The notes below the pieces were generated by a model. It did not search any database, was not told the origin of the DNA, and was given only the letters and a program-made list of their open reading frames with translations. From an uncultured delta proteobacterium (GTDB taxonomy: Bacteria > Myxococcota_A > Polyangia > Polyangiales > Polyangiaceae): a DNA stretch of 64,000 nucleotides. The stretch lies in the NCBI GenBank assembly GCA_963806225.1, contig CAWDXG010000004.1, forward strand, positions 3,552,001 through 3,616,000. The letters are read 5' to 3'. The position numbers and the translations under genes are program-made. Positions 61,372 to 64,000 of this stretch are shown here, piece by piece (position 1 is the stretch's first letter; each line of letters begins with the position of its first letter).

Positions 61372-62768
61372 CCGCGGCGTGTGCCGGCACGATCTCCCTG
61401 ACGCCTGGATGCACCAATACGGCGCTCGCGCGGCCCCAACTGCTCGTGATCGTCGACACGAACGCCCCGACGGCACAACAGGTCGCGTCGCAGGACCATC
61501 TCTCCCCGGACGCTGCAATCGATACCGTCAGGATCGACATCATCAGCGACCGGGGAACGGTCGAGGACTACCTGGACGCGGTGGTCCCCGGCCCGCTCGA
61601 CTGGCCACTGTCATTCGGGCTCGCCGGCGCCAAGAGCAGCGTCAAGTTGCGCATCCGTGGCTTCCGTGGGCGATTTGCCAGCCCGGGCGAGCTGAATGGA
61701 AAGACCACGCTGGAGCCGCTGCCCGAGTTTGCGATCGACCGGCTCGTGCAGGTCGAGTTGCCGCCCGAGGGCAAGCGCATCGTAAGAATCACGCTCGACG
61801 AAGACTGCATCGGCCGGCCTCCGCGATTCCTCGCACCCGAGACCACGTGCGTTGACGGCGACATGCTCAGGGGGCCACCGACGGCGGGCGTGGAGGAGGT
61901 GACGAGCGATGCACTACACGAGACCCAGGCGGGAAGTTGGTCGGGCGCGCGCTATACCCCCTGTTCGAACTCGCCCCCGTCTGACCGAGTCTGCATTCCC
62001 GGCGGCTTCTTGGCGATGGGCACCGAGGAGCGCACGGGGCTTGACCCGACGGAGTTCGCTGCAGTCTGGCCTCCACATCCGGTGATGCTCGCGCCATTTC
62101 GCATGGACCGCACGGAGTTCACGGTAGGAAGGTACAAGGGGCTCGTCGCTTCCGGCGCCTACAACGGCGCGGAGCCGGGCACCGGTCCAGAGTGCTCGTG
62201 GCTGGGCGCGGCGAGCACAGCGAACGACAAGATGGCGCTGAGCTGCGTGACCTGGGAAACGGCTAGAGCCCTTTGCCAGGCGGCGGGAGGCGACCTACCG
62301 ACGGAGGCACAGTGGGAATACGCAGCGCGGGGGCGTGGCGAGGGTCTCCGCTATCCGTGGGGCGACGAGCCTCCGGACTGCTGCGTGGCCAGCTTGTCCA
62401 GGCATTCTTCGTCGGGAGTGACGGTAGCCTGCGCTGGCACCGGACCGGAGCCCGTGGCCGCCCACCTCCCGTCCGCGAGTTGCAGCGGCCTCGGCGACGT
62501 GTCGCGCGATGGCGTGCTGGACCTCGGAGGAGGTCTCACTGAATTCACGCTGGACAACTCCGAGGACTACTCGGCCGACTGCTGGAACACTCCGGGGATC
62601 CTGCGGGATCCGCGATGCAACGTGAAAGGAAACAAATCGCGGATTTCGCGCGGCGGCGACTGGAGCTCTGGTGCTGCGCTCGCCATTTCCGTGCTCAGGC
62701 GACTGACCATCCACAACGAAAACGGTAGTTACCTGGGGTTCCGGTGCGTCTACGCGGAGGGAGGTTGA
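61338..62768 (+). CDS. FGE-sulfatase (SUMF1-like) domain lipoprotein
   Basis: VCIPGG, MDRTEFTV, VTWETA, LPTEAQWEYAARG, YPWG, RGGDW, LGFRC. Confidence 0.88.
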   Translation: MRQELLRRQLLTAACAGTISLTPGCTNTALARPQLLVIVDTNAPTAQQVASQDHLSPDAAIDTVRIDIISDRGTVEDYLDAVVPGPLDWPLSFGLAGAKSSVKLRIRGFRGRFASPGELNGKTTLEPLPEFAIDRLVQVELPPEGKRIVRITLDEDCIGRPPRFLAPETTCVDGDMLRGPPTAGVEEVTSDALHETQAGSWSGARYTPCSNSPPSDRVCIPGGFLAMGTEERTGLDPTEFAAVWPPHPVMLAPFRMDRTEFTVGRYKGLVASGAYNGAEPGTGPECSWLGAASTANDKMALSCVTWETARALCQAAGGDLPTEAQWEYAARGRGEGLRYPWGDEPPDCCVASLSRHSSSGVTVACAGTGPEPVAAHLPSASCSGLGDVSRDGVLDLGGGLTEFTLDNSEDYSADCWNTPGILRDPRCNVKGNKSRISRGGDWSSGAALAISVLRRLTIHNENGSYLGFRCVYAEGG

Positions 62769-62770
62769 GC

Positions 62771-64000
62771 GTGCGCCGGCGCGGACTAATGCTGCCGATG
62801 CTTCTCCTGTGCAGCGGGGCGGCGTGCGGGGGGAAGACGGTTGCACCGCGCGATCAGTGGACTGTCGTCGTCGCGACGGACGCTCCGTTGCCACAGTTCG
62901 GCGATCGCCTACTCATCGAAGTGCTCGACGACCAGGGCGACGCCGCCTGCGCGGGATGCCGCCGGCAACTGGGCATCCCGAAGCACTGGCCGATCTCGTT
63001 CGGCATCATGCCGCTGAAGTCGAGCGCTCCAATGCACGTGCGCGTCCGCCTGTACCGCAGCGCGGCCACGGGCGGCGACGGGCTCCCCCTCGGCTACTCG
63101 TTGATCGACGCACTCGGGACACTGCCGGACGCGCACGGCGACGCACACGTGTACTTGAAGCTGGGCATGGACTGCTTCGGCATGCTGGCTTCACCCACCA
63201 AGCACCGGGCCTGCGACCCGAAGACGGGCAAGCTGGGCGCGGAGCAGGTGCTGCGCCCGTTGCCATCGTCGCTGCCTGCACCAGGAAGCTGGCCCAAAGC
63301 CACGGAGCGTGACTGCGAGGGCGCTGCTCCCGACGGGATGGTCTGCGTTCCGGGCGGGGTGTTTCTACTGGGCAGCCCGCGTCTCTTCATCGGCGATCCG
63401 GACCGGGCGCCCACTCCCGAGCATCTGGTGCGGCTTTCCCCCTACGCACTCGACGCGGACGAATTCAGCGTGAAGGCAATGCGGGAGCTGGTCATGGCAG
63501 GAAAGGTGGACGCGCCCCTGAAGAAGGGCGTCGACGCCGGCTCCGACATGTGCACGTGGCTCGGCGTCAATGACTCCACCGATGACGCGCTGCCCGTCAA
63601 CTGCGTGAGCTACGCCCAAGCGGACGCCGCCTGCAGGACACTCGGCAAGCGGTTGCCCACGGAGGCGGAGTGGGAGTTTGCCGCCGCCAACCGGACCCAG
63701 GAAACCAGCTACCCGTGGGGCGAGGACGGCGAGAACCCTTGCGAGAAGGCAGTGGTCGCGCGCGAGGCAGGCGCGACGGGACCAGGCTACTGCCTATTTG
63801 CAAGCGGAGGCGTGGCCGGTCCTGCAGCCGGCGGCAACAAGACCGACGCGACAGCGCTTGGCATCCGGAACCTCGCCGGCAACGTCAGCGAATGGGTCGC
63901 CGATTGGTTCTCACCGTACTCGGCGGGATGCTGGAACAGGCCGGGACTACTCGTGGACCCGGTGTGCGCAACGCCGACAGCGACTTCGGGGGGCGACGAG
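62771..64000 (+). CDS. Second FGE-sulfatase domain lipoprotein, 3'-truncated (not in the ORF track)
   Basis: Own translation from GTG 62771: MRRRGLMLPMLLLCSGAAC.., WPISFG, MVCVPGGVF, RLPTEAEWEFAA, YPWG, LAGNVSEW; frame open to the window end. Confidence 0.85.
   Translation, partial: MRRRGLMLPMLLLCSGAACGGKTVAPRDQWTVVVATDAPLPQFGDRLLIEVLDDQGDAACAGCRRQLGIPKHWPISFGIMPLKSSAPMHVRVRLYRSAATGGDGLPLGYSLIDALGTLPDAHGDAHVYLKLGMDCFGMLASPTKHRACDPKTGKLGAEQVLRPLPSSLPAPGSWPKATERDCEGAAPDGMVCVPGGVFLLGSPRLFIGDPDRAPTPEHLVRLSPYALDADEFSVKAMRELVMAGKVDAPLKKGVDAGSDMCTWLGVNDSTDDALPVNCVSYAQADAACRTLGKRLPTEAEWEFAAANRTQETSYPWGEDGENPCEKAVVAREAGATGPGYCLFASGGVAGPAAGGNKTDATALGIRNLAGNVSEWVADWFSPYSAGCWNRPGLLVDPVCATPTATSGGDE

Noticed and set aside
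61338..64000. FGE/CLec-fold genes as diversity-generating retroelement targets
   Set aside because: No reverse transcriptase or template/variable repeat pair seen in the window; the downstream sequence is unseen.

Overview
High-GC bacterial chromosomal segment. Gene content (FHA/GAF/Ser-Thr-kinase sigma54 enhancer-binding proteins, many Cys-rich lipoproteins, FG-GAP and FGE-like proteins, PrkA) suggests a myxobacterium, probably Polyangia/Sorangiineae-like (inference). About 53 CDS; no rRNA, tRNA, CRISPR or transposase was recognised. Left to right: (1) a signalling region with two sigma54 activators, one a ~1490-aa kinase-NTPase-TPR-GAF-AAA+ fusion broken by two +1 frameshifts in the same sequence context; (2) lipoproteins, lspA, prkA and ppk1; (3) scattered molybdenum-cofactor genes, including a NarM-like/MoaC fusion; (4) a putative surface-glycosylation region with several GT-C-like membrane proteins and GDP-heptose genes (gmhA, hddC, hddA), interrupted by an orphan DNA methyltransferase and a PLP enzyme; (5) an intergenic candidate sigma54-dependent, Pxr-like small RNA with a C8-loop terminator and upstream palindromes; (6) a translationally coupled KS-FAAL-SDR-ACP-B12 radical SAM-acyl-CoA dehydrogenase operon, a candidate uncharacterised lipid-tailoring pathway; (7) a Cys-repeat lipoprotein followed by tandem FGE-like lipoproteins. 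All calls come from motif reading by eye; no database searches were run.
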